Positions 8,473 through 17,995 are shown, counted from the first letter of the stretch. The stretch: DNA of 32,000 bases from Candidatus Omnitrophota bacterium (GCA_021735045.1 JAIPHU010000002.1:1-32000), one strand, 5' to 3'. Notes: generated from the sequence alone by a model not told the origin. Made by a program: numbers and translations.

Positions 8473-10437
8473 ATGGCTAAGAAAAAATATAAAAAACAGA
8501 AACGAAAATTAGTTAAGGGATCCAAAACAGAGGACTTAGTTAGGCTTTTTACTGAGTTGATGGATAATATCCCTGATGTAATCTATTTTAAAGATAAAAG
8601 TGGGAAGATCGTTTTGGTAAATAAGGCTTATGCGAGAGGATTAGGTATAACTCCGGATGAAGTCATTGGCAAAACTGATTTTGATATTTTTCCTAAAAGT
8701 AGAGCCCAGATGATGCAGAAAGATGATCTCTGGGTAATAAAAAATAAAAAACCAATTATTGATAAAGTTGAAAGAGCTACTCGGCCTGATGGCCAAGATA
8801 ACTATAGCTCAACTACCAAAATTCCTCGTTTTGATAAAAAAGGATCAGTAATCGGTTTAATTGGAATAACTAGAGATATTACCCGGAGAAGAAGGCTTGA
8901 GCAATTAGAAGAAGATAAGCATCAGATGCAGCGAAAAATTAAATCGTTGAAGGAAATTAATAAGTTAAAGTCGGAGTTTATTTCTATTGTTTCCCATGAG
9001 CTTCGCACGCCTTTAGCTATTATTAATCAAGTAGTTATGGTCTTATTGGATGGATTAGTAGGAAAACTAAACAAAAAACAAAAAGATATTATCATCAAAG
9101 CAAAAAATAGCGTTAATCGGTTAAGCAATATGATAAATAAGTTGTTGGATGTTTCACGGATGCAAAGAGGAGTCCTAGAGCTTCATTATGGGTTGATAGA
9201 TTTAAAAAATTTGCTTAAAGATTTGGGGGGTTCTTTTCAAGAATTTGCTAAGAAAAAAGGAATTATCATTAACTATGATTTTTGTTCAGAAGATATAAAT
9301 TTATTTTGTGATCCAGAAAGGCTTTCACAAATTGTATCTAACTTAATTGATAATGCTATCAAGTTCTGCGAAGAAAAAAGTACAATAACTATTGAGTTGC
9401 GAAAGTTGGCAACAAAGGTCCGTATTGGTGTAATTGATCAAGGGATTGGGATAGATAAAACTAAAATAAATAAAATATTTGATAAGTTTAGTCAAGTTTC
9501 AGGTTTGGCTCGAAGCAACAAGGAAGGGGTGGGGTTAGGGCTTTCTTTAGTAAAGGACTTAGTTAAAAAACATAAAGGTGAAGTTTGGGTTGAGTCTAAG
9601 CTAGGTTCAGGGAGTAAATTTTATTTCACTCTTCCTTTAATTTATAAGTTTCAACTAACCAATAATAAAATAGTAGATATCATAAATAATGCTCTGGCTA
9701 AAGATTTATCTGTTTACTTGATTGAAGTTATAATTATAAAATCTAAAAAAGGGACATCTGGCAGATATACGGTGAAAAAAGATTTTTATAATAAAATTAA
9801 AGAGATAGTTCAAAAAGCTATAATAAACTATAAGGATAAAAATAAAATAGATATCTGCATTGTCGGTGATGACTACAAAAAAAGAACTATTAGCATAGCT
9901 TCAGTTGATAAAACTAATAAAAAATCTATAAAATTTTGCAATTTGTTAAGAGAAAAATTAAAAAAGGTATTAGCTAAAGAAGCAGCAAAGGACGTGTTTA
10001 TTAATTTGGGAACTATGAGTTACCCTAAAGAAAGCAGGCAAGTAGTTCCTCGCCAGTTGGCATCTTCTTTTAGTATTCAGAAAATTTTTACAGGAAAGGA
10101 GATAAGGCGGTCAAAGCGTTTTCGCTATCAGGCGACTTTAAATTTTAATTTATCTGATAAAAAAAGAGGTGCTGCTGAGACTATTGATATCTCTAAGGGC
10201 GGTTTGTGTTTTAAAAATGGCAAAAAACTTAAAAAAGGAGATAAAATAGAGGTGGAGCTTATGGTTTTGAATAAAAAAGAAAGGTTGAACCTTGTGGGTC
10301 AAGTAGCTTGGGTTGCACGAGCTGAAGAAGACAGCAAGGGTTTTGCAAGATATTATAAGATAGGAATTGAGTTTTCTAAACTTAATCAGAAGGAAAGAAA
10401 AATTATTACCCAAGCAATTGAAGATATAGCAAAATAA
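8473..10437 (+). CDS. Cytoplasmic PAS sensor histidine kinase with C-terminal PilZ domain (and a possible degenerate GGDEF-like linker domain)
   Basis: PAS (MDNIPDVIYFKDKSGKIVLVNKAY...GITRDIT). H-box SIVSHELRTPL, N-box NLIDNAIKF, G-box GVGLGLSLV. PilZ motifs RRSKR (R545xxxR549, nt 10105-10119) and DISKGG (D572xSxxG577, nt 10186-10203). Confidence 0.9.
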   Translation: MAKKKYKKQKRKLVKGSKTEDLVRLFTELMDNIPDVIYFKDKSGKIVLVNKAYARGLGITPDEVIGKTDFDIFPKSRAQMMQKDDLWVIKNKKPIIDKVERATRPDGQDNYSSTTKIPRFDKKGSVIGLIGITRDITRRRRLEQLEEDKHQMQRKIKSLKEINKLKSEFISIVSHELRTPLAIINQVVMVLLDGLVGKLNKKQKDIIIKAKNSVNRLSNMINKLLDVSRMQRGVLELHYGLIDLKNLLKDLGGSFQEFAKKKGIIINYDFCSEDINLFCDPERLSQIVSNLIDNAIKFCEEKSTITIELRKLATKVRIGVIDQGIGIDKTKINKIFDKFSQVSGLARSNKEGVGLGLSLVKDLVKKHKGEVWVESKLGSGSKFYFTLPLIYKFQLTNNKIVDIINNALAKDLSVYLIEVIIIKSKKGTSGRYTVKKDFYNKIKEIVQKAIINYKDKNKIDICIVGDDYKKRTISIASVDKTNKKSIKFCNLLREKLKKVLAKEAAKDVFINLGTMSYPKESRQVVPRQLASSFSIQKIFTGKEIRRSKRFRYQATLNFNLSDKKRGAAETIDISKGGLCFKNGKKLKKGDKIEVELMVLNKKERLNLVGQVAWVARAEEDSKGFARYYKIGIEFSKLNQKERKIITQAIEDIAK

Positions 10438-10448
10438 AAAATAGATAT

Positions 10449-10477
10449 TTGAATCTTTTTTGATCTTATAGTATGAT
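10449..10477 (+). promoter_or_regulatory. Candidate promoter (TTGAAT-17 nt-TATGAT) ahead of the A1-B1-REC unit
   Basis: Hexamers and spacing read directly in the 84-nt gap. Low specificity in AT-rich DNA. Confidence 0.3.
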
Positions 10478-10521
10478 AACATATATTGATTCGATAAAAC
10501 GATTAAAGTTGAAAGATAAAA

Positions 10522-10761
10522 ATGATTAGAAAAGATAAATTATTAGTTAAATTAGATAAACTACAAGAGCTAGAAGGTAGGTTGATTCCTTTGTTGGATA
10601 AGCATCTTTCGGCTTCTCTAGACTTTAGTCAGTTGCCAAAAGAGGAAAGGGATAAGACCATGGAATTTTTAAAAAGTAGGGTAAATATACAGAAAAAACA
10701 CACTGAATCGATTAAAAGTATCAAAGAAGAATTAACCGAATCCGAAAAAAATGTTTACTAA
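10522..10761 (+). CDS. Small helical protein A1 (unknown family; paralogue of 18941-19165)
   Basis: 79 aa, charged and helical, no TM or signal. Gap-free alignment to A2 with shared E..(L/S)IP(L/I)..KHL.SA and a second conserved His. Overlaps the next ORF by 11 nt. Confidence 0.6.
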   Translation: MIRKDKLLVKLDKLQELEGRLIPLLDKHLSASLDFSQLPKEERDKTMEFLKSRVNIQKKHTESIKSIKEELTESEKNVY

Positions 10762-10945
10762 AGAAGATTACTTAACTTATTTTGATCAATTAGCAGATAT
10801 TTATAAAGATTCTATTAATCTCTACACTGATTTGCTAAATGGTTTACAAGATAAAGCAATCCGAAATAAGTTACTAGCAGTTGCTTCAGAAAATATGGAA
10901 GCTTTTCGTTTTATAAAAGAAGAAAAGACAAAATTTAATAAATAA
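10751..10945 (+). CDS. Small helical protein B1 (unknown family; paralogue of 19165-19368)
   Basis: 64 aa. Shares M.(T/S)KEDY, Y..L and DK.I(R/K)N with B2. Translationally coupled to A1. Confidence 0.6.
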   Translation: MFTKEDYLTYFDQLADIYKDSINLYTDLLNGLQDKAIRNKLLAVASENMEAFRFIKEEKTKFNK

Positions 10946-10956
10946 AAGGAGAAGTT

Positions 10957-11328
10957 ATGCCTGCCAACAAAAAAATACTTATTGCTGATGATGAACCAGA
11001 TTTTGTGGAACTTATATCCATGCGTCTTGAAGTTAACGGCTATGATGTGGTTTCGGCTAAAGATGGCCAAGAGGCAATTGATAAAACTAAAAGTGAAAAG
11101 CCGGATTTATTGATTTTAGACTTAATGATGCCCAAAGTTGATGGGTTTGAGGTTTGCCGGATGCTAAAGTTTGACGATAATTTTAAGGATTTGCCGATAA
11201 TAGTACTTTCTGCTCTTGATCAGCAACAAGATCGGGAAAAGGCCGTTGAGGCTGGAGCCGATGAATACTTTATCAAACCTTTTGATTTAAGCTTACTTTT
11301 AACTAAGATTCAAGAACTTACTGGATAA
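10957..11328 (+). CDS. Receiver-only response regulator (paralogue of 22302-22664)
   Basis: KKILIADDEPD, PDLLILDLMMPKVDG, IIVLSA, IKPFD. aaggag RBS. No output domain. Confidence 0.9.
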   Translation: MPANKKILIADDEPDFVELISMRLEVNGYDVVSAKDGQEAIDKTKSEKPDLLILDLMMPKVDGFEVCRMLKFDDNFKDLPIIVLSALDQQQDREKAVEAGADEYFIKPFDLSLLLTKIQELTG

Positions 11329-11437
11329 AAAAAGCTTGCATTATTTATTTTATTTATTAAAATAAGTACTTCATTGCTTGCCTTCCTGTTTTTTGTTTGG
11401 ATAATAAATAATAATTTGTAAAAGTGAGGAAGATAAA

Positions 11438-13540
11438 ATGGCACGAAGAATCAGTTTAGAAAAAGTACGTAATATTGGAATTATGGCTCATATTGATGCC
11501 GGTAAGACAACACTTACCGAACGCATTCTTTTTTATACCGGGCGGTCGCATAAAATGGGGGAAGTCCATGATGGAGCTGCGGTAATGGATTGGATGAAAC
11601 AAGAGCAAGAAAGAGGTATAACCATAACTTCAGCGGCAACTACTTGTAGTTGGTTGGATCACAGAATAAATATAATCGATACTCCTGGCCACGTTGATTT
11701 TACTGTTGAAGTTGAACGTTCTTTGCGAGTTTTAGATGGATCAATTGCTGTATTTTGTGCTGTAGGTGGGGTGGAACCTCAGGCAGAAAAGGTATGGCAT
11801 CAATCTGATAAATATGAAGTGCCAAAAATCGCTTTTGTAAATAAGATGGATAGGGCTGGAGCAAACTTTTTTGAAGTAGTCAAAGACATTGAAGAAGAGC
11901 TGGGGGCAAATGTTATCCCTTTACAAGTTCCTATTGGGGCTGAAGATAATTTTAGAGGAATAATCGATCTAATGGATATGAAAGCTTATATCTACGACGA
12001 TGAGTCTTTAGGTAAAAACTTTCACATTGAAGATATACCCACAGACTATCAAGATAAAGCTAAAGAGCATCATCATATAATGGTTGAAAAAGCTGTTGAA
12101 CTAGATGATTCTTTAATGGAGAAGTATCTTGAGTCCGAAGATTCTATTTCAAAAGAGGAGCTGGTTAAAGCTATAAGAAGAGGCGTTATAGCCAATAAAA
12201 TTGTTCCGGCAATGTGTGGTTCTGCCTTTAAGAATAAAGGGGTCCAGCGCCTTCTTGATGCGATAACTCTTTATCTTCCTTCTCCTCTGAATTTACCACC
12301 AGCTGAAGGAACAGATCCAAACGATCCTGAGAAAATAATTAAAAGAGAGCCTAAAGATGATGCACCTTTTTCAGCTTTGGCGTTTAAAGTACAAGCTGAT
12401 CCTCATATGGGAAAACTGATTTATTTTAGAGCTTACTCAGGCAAACTTGAGGCAGGCTCATATATTCAAAATGTAACCAAAGGAAAAAAAGAAAGAGTAG
12501 GGAGAATCTTACAGATGCATGCAAATCAACGTGAAAGCCGCCCGGATATATATGCTGGTGATATTGCTGCAGCAGTAGGGCTTGATAATACTACAACAGG
12601 AGATACTTTAACTTCAGTTGAAGATCAAGTGTTGCTTGAGGCTATGGAGTTTCCCGCACCGGTTATGGCAATAAGTATTAAGCCAGAAAGTAATGCCGAT
12701 CAAGATAAAATCTCAAAAGGCTTAAGCCGTTTAGCTGAAGAGGATCCCACTTTTACAGTTAAGACCGATAAAGAAACTGATGAAACTATTATATCAGGAA
12801 TGGGGGAGCTACACCTTGATGTTATTGTTGACCGCCTTAAGCGTGAGTTTGGTGTTTCAGCAAAAGTTGGAGCTCCTAAAGTTGCTTATCGGGAAACTAT
12901 TTTAGGGACTACAAAAGAAGACTATAAGTATGCAAAACAAACTGGTGGCCGCGGCCAATACGGCCATGTTGTCTTAGAGCTATCACCATCTAAGTCTTCG
13001 GAAGGTTTTGATTTTATCAATAGCATTAAAGGAGGGGCAATACCTCGTGAATATATTCCGGCTGTGGAAAAAGGGGTAATCGAGGTAATGAAAAAAGGTA
13101 TTTATGCAGGGTTTCCGGTAGTTGATGTGAAGGTAAACTTAGTAGATGGTTCTTATCATGATGTGGATTCATCAGAATTTGCTTTTAAAATGACCGGAGG
13201 CGAGTGTTTTAAGAAAGCTTTTAATAAGTGTGAGCCAGTTTTATTAGAGCCTTCTATGTCAATTGAGATTACAACTCCGGAAGATTATGTGGGCGGAGTT
13301 GTGGGCGATATCTGTTCGCGTCGCGGTAAAGTTATAAATATAGATTCAAAAGGTAAACAACAACTAATTTCAGCAGAAGCCCCTTTAGCTGAAATGTTTG
13401 GCTATGCTAGTACTTTACGTTCTTTAAGTAGTGGGCGAGCAAATTATTCAATGCATTTTGAAAAATACGTACAAGTTCCTTATCAGATAGCAGAAAACAT
13501 TATCGAAGAAAAGCAAAAAGAAAAGGAAGCAAAAAAATAA
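11438..13540 (+). CDS. fusA: Translation elongation factor G
   Basis: AHIDAGKTT (G1), DTPGHVDF (G3), NKMD (G4), 700 aa with typical EF-G domains II-V (e.g. [16 protein letters not shown]). Confidence 0.95.
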   Translation: MARRISLEKVRNIGIMAHIDAGKTTLTERILFYTGRSHKMGEVHDGAAVMDWMKQEQERGITITSAATTCSWLDHRINIIDTPGHVDFTVEVERSLRVLDGSIAVFCAVGGVEPQAEKVWHQSDKYEVPKIAFVNKMDRAGANFFEVVKDIEEELGANVIPLQVPIGAEDNFRGIIDLMDMKAYIYDDESLGKNFHIEDIPTDYQDKAKEHHHIMVEKAVELDDSLMEKYLESEDSISKEELVKAIRRGVIANKIVPAMCGSAFKNKGVQRLLDAITLYLPSPLNLPPAEGTDPNDPEKIIKREPKDDAPFSALAFKVQADPHMGKLIYFRAYSGKLEAGSYIQNVTKGKKERVGRILQMHANQRESRPDIYAGDIAAAVGLDNTTTGDTLTSVEDQVLLEAMEFPAPVMAISIKPESNADQDKISKGLSRLAEEDPTFTVKTDKETDETIISGMGELHLDVIVDRLKREFGVSAKVGAPKVAYRETILGTTKEDYKYAKQTGGRGQYGHVVLELSPSKSSEGFDFINSIKGGAIPREYIPAVEKGVIEVMKKGIYAGFPVVDVKVNLVDGSYHDVDSSEFAFKMTGGECFKKAFNKCEPVLLEPSMSIEITTPEDYVGGVVGDICSRRGKVINIDSKGKQQLISAEAPLAEMFGYASTLRSLSSGRANYSMHFEKYVQVPYQIAENIIEEKQKEKEAKK

Positions 13541-13668
13541 TCAATAAATTTTTAATTGCGCTGATTGATTTAACCTCTAAGCAGGAATCTAACTTCTTGC
13601 GCCGTAAAAACTTACCTACTAATTATTTTCTTCTTTTTGTAATTTTTTATTTTTTAAACTAAGATATT

Positions 13669-13677
13669 TGTTATAAT
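13669..13677 (+). promoter_or_regulatory. Extended -10 element (TGtTATAAT) upstream of the EPS/signalling operon
   Basis: Exact TGnTATAAT about 32 nt upstream of ATG 13709, preceded by a long T-rich tract. Confidence 0.35.
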
Positions 13678-13708
13678 AGTTCTAAACTCAAATGTTTTAG
13701 TTTATATA

Positions 13709-16150
13709 ATGAAGAAAATAATCAATCTTGTCTTTAGTTTAATTGTAGTTGCCGGATTAACTTCATTTCTATACCATTACACCCAGCAAGCAGAAATAAA
13801 TTATTATCAGGGGCACCGCTTATTTTTAAATGGTAACTATAGCAAAGCCATTCCTTACTACAAAAACTCTCTTAAAGCTGACCACAGACAATTTAAGGCA
13901 AAAAAAGAGTTAGCTTATTCTTATTTTTGGACTGATAATCCAAAAAAATCTATACCCCTTTTTGAAGATATTTCTAAAAAAAATCCAAAGAATCAAGAAT
14001 TAAAACTATATCTGGCTAAGGCCTATTCTCGAACTGGTAGCCGTAACAAGGCGCTATCGATTATGGGTAAGATTGAGACTAAGGACAAACAACTAGATAT
14101 AAAAATGACCTTAGCAGAAATTTATATCTGGAACAATCAGTTAACTAAAGCCAGAGAGTTGCTTAGAGAAGTTCTAGCTCAGAATCCTAGTAATAATAAG
14201 GCAAAGTTTCTTTTAGCTAAAACTTTTTATTATGATCAAAAAAGTAAAAAAGCTTCAAAAATCTTAGAAAATTTACTAGAGGAAGGAAAAGAACTGCCTG
14301 AGAATGTTAAAGAAAAAGAAGTAAGAGGGCTTTTAGCTCAAACTTATATATCAAGCAATCAGAGTCAAAGGGCGGTTGAGCTTTATCAGCAGTTGGTTGA
14401 TCAGAATCCTAACGATATAGATTTAAAAATGAAATTAGCTGAACTCTTAAGCTGGACTAAAGAACTAGAAAGATCAGAAGATTTGTATCGAAAAATAATT
14501 AAAAAATCCTCCCGGAAAAGAGAAGCCTATCTAGGCCTAGCTAAGGTATTAATTGGGCAAAACCGGTATAAAGAAGCTATCAGTATAATTGATAAGATCG
14601 GAAAAATAAAAGGAACTAAAAATGCAAAGCTGATGTATGGAAAAGCATTGTTATATTCAGGAAAACCAAAATTAGCGCGGGATATTTTTGCTAAACTATT
14701 AAAAGATTATCCTCAGGATTTAGAAACTAAAGAATTATTGGCAGATGCTTACGCCTATAGTAAAAAATATAAAAAAGCGATTTTATTATATCGGAAAATT
14801 CTAGTTAAAACAGATCGTCGCAAAACAAAAAAAGGTTTGGCAGCAGTTTTAAGTTGGAATCAGCAATACCAAAAATCAATTAAATTATACGATCAATTAC
14901 TTGCCGAGGAGTACGATCCAGAGGTTAAACGGCAAAAAGCTCGCGTATTAGGCTGGAGCAAGAACTACCAGAAAGCTTTAGCTGAATATAAGGATTTACT
15001 GGATAAGGAAAAAAGTTCAGCGATTAGGCTGGAGATGGAGGCAAAACAAGCTTATTGGCAGGGAGAAGTTAAGAGTGCAATCAACAATTACCAAAAGCTC
15101 TTGATTGCAGAGCCAGATAACGTTGAAGCTGCCTTTGATCTCAGCCAGCTTTACTCTTATCAGGATATGTGGGAGGAGGCGATCAACCAATATGAAAATA
15201 TCTTAAAAGTACAACCACTGCATTCCAGAGCCAGAGAAGGCTTAGAAAAAGCAAAAATTTTTTATAAAAAAGTTAAAACCAGGCTAGATTATCTATTTTT
15301 TGAAGCTGATTCTCCCGACAGAACTACAGACATTAAAAAACACCAAGTTTTAAAATCAGCATCTTTTTTTATTGCTAAAAATAAAAAAATAAAGATTTCT
15401 TCTGACTTTGCCCAGAGAAGTTTTTCTGATTTTTCTTCGATTTCAGAAAGTAAGACCCAGCTCGAAATTAGCTACCAAAATAATCCCGATTGGAATTTAA
15501 GCGCTTATTACGGTTTAGTTAATTACTACAAGCACCTCGATGAGTTATTCCATCTATTTGGAGCATCTTTTTACCATCGTTTTTTTGATCGGGGGATGTT
15601 TAACTTTAATTACCAACGCCAAAGGCTGACCGACAACAGCCAGTTGATTAGAGATTACGCTTACCGGCATAGTTTTGAAAATAAAATTGATTTTGATTTA
15701 ACGTCGAAACTTAAAATGGGCCTTGACTGTAGATTAGCCTATTATTTTGATGCAAATTTTTTAGTTGAACCAGGAATTGATTTTACCTATTATTTTTCTA
15801 AAGAGCCCAGGCAATTTTATCTTACCTATAGGTACTTTTTTAAAGAATTTAGAAAAGAAAGTTCTGATTATTGGACACCGCGGGGGTTTTCTACCAATAA
15901 ATTAACTTTAGCTTGGCGTCATTACCTAAATTCAGACCAATTATTTTTTGGGGCAGATCAGCTTTATTATCAGCTAAAGTATGAAGTTTCCTTAGATTCA
16001 ACAGACATTTTAATTCATAAATTTATTGGCCAATTTAACTGGGATATTAATAAGAGTCTGAATATCCACTTTGGTGGTTCTTTTGCCGATACAACTTCCA
16101 ATGTTTATCAGGAAAAAAGAATTACGGCGGGGTTAAGCTATTATTTTTAA
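13709..16150 (+). CDS. Outer-membrane exopolysaccharide export protein: N-terminal TPR array plus C-terminal beta-barrel (PgaA/BcsC-like architecture)
   Basis: N-terminal signal or anchor. About 500 aa of TPR-like repeats (A..Y...L...P.N). The last ~290 aa are aromatic-rich with alternating hydrophobicity, ending in GLSYYF (terminal Phe beta-signal). Confidence 0.75.
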   Translation: MKKIINLVFSLIVVAGLTSFLYHYTQQAEINYYQGHRLFLNGNYSKAIPYYKNSLKADHRQFKAKKELAYSYFWTDNPKKSIPLFEDISKKNPKNQELKLYLAKAYSRTGSRNKALSIMGKIETKDKQLDIKMTLAEIYIWNNQLTKARELLREVLAQNPSNNKAKFLLAKTFYYDQKSKKASKILENLLEEGKELPENVKEKEVRGLLAQTYISSNQSQRAVELYQQLVDQNPNDIDLKMKLAELLSWTKELERSEDLYRKIIKKSSRKREAYLGLAKVLIGQNRYKEAISIIDKIGKIKGTKNAKLMYGKALLYSGKPKLARDIFAKLLKDYPQDLETKELLADAYAYSKKYKKAILLYRKILVKTDRRKTKKGLAAVLSWNQQYQKSIKLYDQLLAEEYDPEVKRQKARVLGWSKNYQKALAEYKDLLDKEKSSAIRLEMEAKQAYWQGEVKSAINNYQKLLIAEPDNVEAAFDLSQLYSYQDMWEEAINQYENILKVQPLHSRAREGLEKAKIFYKKVKTRLDYLFFEADSPDRTTDIKKHQVLKSASFFIAKNKKIKISSDFAQRSFSDFSSISESKTQLEISYQNNPDWNLSAYYGLVNYYKHLDELFHLFGASFYHRFFDRGMFNFNYQRQRLTDNSQLIRDYAYRHSFENKIDFDLTSKLKMGLDCRLAYYFDANFLVEPGIDFTYYFSKEPRQFYLTYRYFFKEFRKESSDYWTPRGFSTNKLTLAWRHYLNSDQLFFGADQLYYQLKYEVSLDSTDILIHKFIGQFNWDINKSLNIHFGGSFADTTSNVYQEKRITAGLSYYF

Positions 16151-16162
16151 ATTTAAATTATA

Positions 16163-17995
16163 ATGAATAAGAAAAAATTAATTGATTCTTTGATTTTATT
16201 TACTTTGGTTGCAGTGATGGTCTATGTTGTAACCAGGGCGGTTTTAGTTGGTTATGCTGATTATACTGGCTGGGATCGTTTTAGTGCTATCGGTTTGTTG
16301 CTGGCAGAGTTGTTTGTAGTTTTTCATGGCGTAGGTTATACCTTAAACATCTATCGGGCTTATAGGTATAGTGGTGGAAAAGAAAAGATGCAAGAGGTAG
16401 CAAATAAACCTTTGCCAGAGGAACCATCGGTTGCGATATTTGTTGCTGCGCGCCATGAACCAAAAGAAGTTTTAGAGGAAACTTTTATTAGCATCAAAAA
16501 CTTAAAATATAAAAATAAGAGTATTTATTTCCTTGATGATAGCTCTAAAAGCACTTATAAAAAAGAAGCAGATCAATTAGCAAAAGATCTAGATTTAAAG
16601 ATTTTTCGACGCAAGGATCGCCACGGAGCAAAGGCAGGAATCATTAATGATTGTCTAAAGACAATTAATTCTAAGTATTTAGTTGTTTTTGATGCAGATC
16701 AGAATCCGCTACCTGAGTTTTTAAATCGTGTGGTGGCGTTGATGGAGTCGGACCAAAGACTTGCTTTTGTCCAAACCCCTCAATTTTATAGTAATGTGGA
16801 AGGTTCACAAATTGCCAAAGCGGCGGCTTTTCAGCAAGCGGTATTTTATGAATATATCTGTGAAGGAAAAAGTAGCCAGGATGCGATGTTTTGTTGCGGA
16901 ACAAATATTATTTTTCGCAAAAAAGCCTTAGATCAAGTAGGTGGCCTAGATGAAAGTACAGTTACCGAAGATTTTGCCACTTCTTTTAAATTTCACCAAA
17001 AAGGCTGGAACTCTTTATATTACAATCATGTCTATGCTTTTGGGATGGGGCCGGAAGATTTAGTCGGTTATTTTAAGCAGCAATACCGTTGGGCCAACGG
17101 CACGATCACTGTTTTTAAGAAAGTGTTAAAGAATTTAATATTGCACCCATTTTCTTTAAAAATTAAACAATGGGTAGAGTATTTACTTTCCAGCAGTTAC
17201 TATCTAGTTGGTTTTGCCTTATTTGGCTTGATGCTTTTTCCGATCTTTTATCTTTTATTTGACATCCCTTCTTTCTTTGCTAAGCCACAAGTTTATTTTT
17301 TAGTTTTTTTACCTTATATAACTCTTTCTTTAAGTATATTTTATTTCGTGTTAAAAGAAAGGAACTATACTGCCGGAGATCTTTTTAAAGGCCAGCTGGC
17401 CGGGTTTATAAGCTTTCCGATCTATTTGCAAGCCGCTGTTTCTTCCTTTTTTGGCAGAAAGGCTACTTTCGGGATAACCTCAAAAGCAAAGGGGAAGTTT
17501 GTATCTTATTTTAGATTGTGGCCGCAAATTGTACTTTTATTCCTAAATTATATTGCGATTGTCTGGGGAATGAATCGATTCATCTATCAACGTGATCCGG
17601 CGGTAGTAATTAATGTTTTTTGGGCCTTTTATCATTTTTTGCTGTTAGCTTCTATTTTTTATTTTAACGAAAGGATTATTCCTAAGGCTTTTTTAAAAAA
17701 AATTGCGAAAGAGAGAATAGTTGACTATCAAGTTCTCGAGAGAAATCGCCCCAAACCTGAATTAAACTCTAGGAATTGGCCGGTTTGTTTTGCGACCAAG
17801 TTGCCGGATCGATTAAAAGAGGGAACACTGTTGATGGCAAAAGTAAAAAGCAGAGGAGGAAAGCAGCTAATCTTTGACGCAGAAGTTACCTGGGCGAGTC
17901 CCAGAAAGCGGTTTGGCGGTTATGCTACTGGCTTTGGAGTTGCCAAGGCTTCACCGGAAATTATTACCCAATTAAGGAAATTAGTAAAAAAATGA
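16163..17995 (+). CDS. Processive family-2 glycosyltransferase, cellulose-synthase-like, with degenerate PilZ-like C-terminal domain
   Basis: YFLDDSS, HGAKAGIIND, VVFDADQ (DxD), FVQTPQFY, VTEDFATS (TED), QQYRWANG (QxxRW). 2 N-terminal and about 4 C-terminal TM helices. The C-terminal ~95 aa form a small beta domain resembling the PilZ C-terminal part. Confidence 0.9.
   Translation: MNKKKLIDSLILFTLVAVMVYVVTRAVLVGYADYTGWDRFSAIGLLLAELFVVFHGVGYTLNIYRAYRYSGGKEKMQEVANKPLPEEPSVAIFVAARHEPKEVLEETFISIKNLKYKNKSIYFLDDSSKSTYKKEADQLAKDLDLKIFRRKDRHGAKAGIINDCLKTINSKYLVVFDADQNPLPEFLNRVVALMESDQRLAFVQTPQFYSNVEGSQIAKAAAFQQAVFYEYICEGKSSQDAMFCCGTNIIFRKKALDQVGGLDESTVTEDFATSFKFHQKGWNSLYYNHVYAFGMGPEDLVGYFKQQYRWANGTITVFKKVLKNLILHPFSLKIKQWVEYLLSSSYYLVGFALFGLMLFPIFYLLFDIPSFFAKPQVYFLVFLPYITLSLSIFYFVLKERNYTAGDLFKGQLAGFISFPIYLQAAVSSFFGRKATFGITSKAKGKFVSYFRLWPQIVLLFLNYIAIVWGMNRFIYQRDPAVVINVFWAFYHFLLLASIFYFNERIIPKAFLKKIAKERIVDYQVLERNRPKPELNSRNWPVCFATKLPDRLKEGTLLMAKVKSRGGKQLIFDAEVTWASPRKRFGGYATGFGVAKASPEIITQLRKLVKK

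Noticed and set aside
10522-10945. The small overlapping A/B pairs as type II toxin-antitoxin modules
   Set aside because: I recognised no toxin fold motif (RelE, MazF, PIN, HEPN etc.) or DNA-binding antitoxin motif. One copy is buried in the middle of a seven-gene operon. Both copies co-duplicated with kinase and receiver genes, which fits a signalling accessory better. This is not formally excluded without profile searches.
13541-13708. Riboswitch (e.g. c-di-GMP) or terminator in the fusA-EPS intergenic region
   Set aside because: Only weak 4-5 bp pairings were found. There are no conserved riboswitch motifs and no hairpin plus T-tract. The T-rich tract looks like promoter-upstream sequence.
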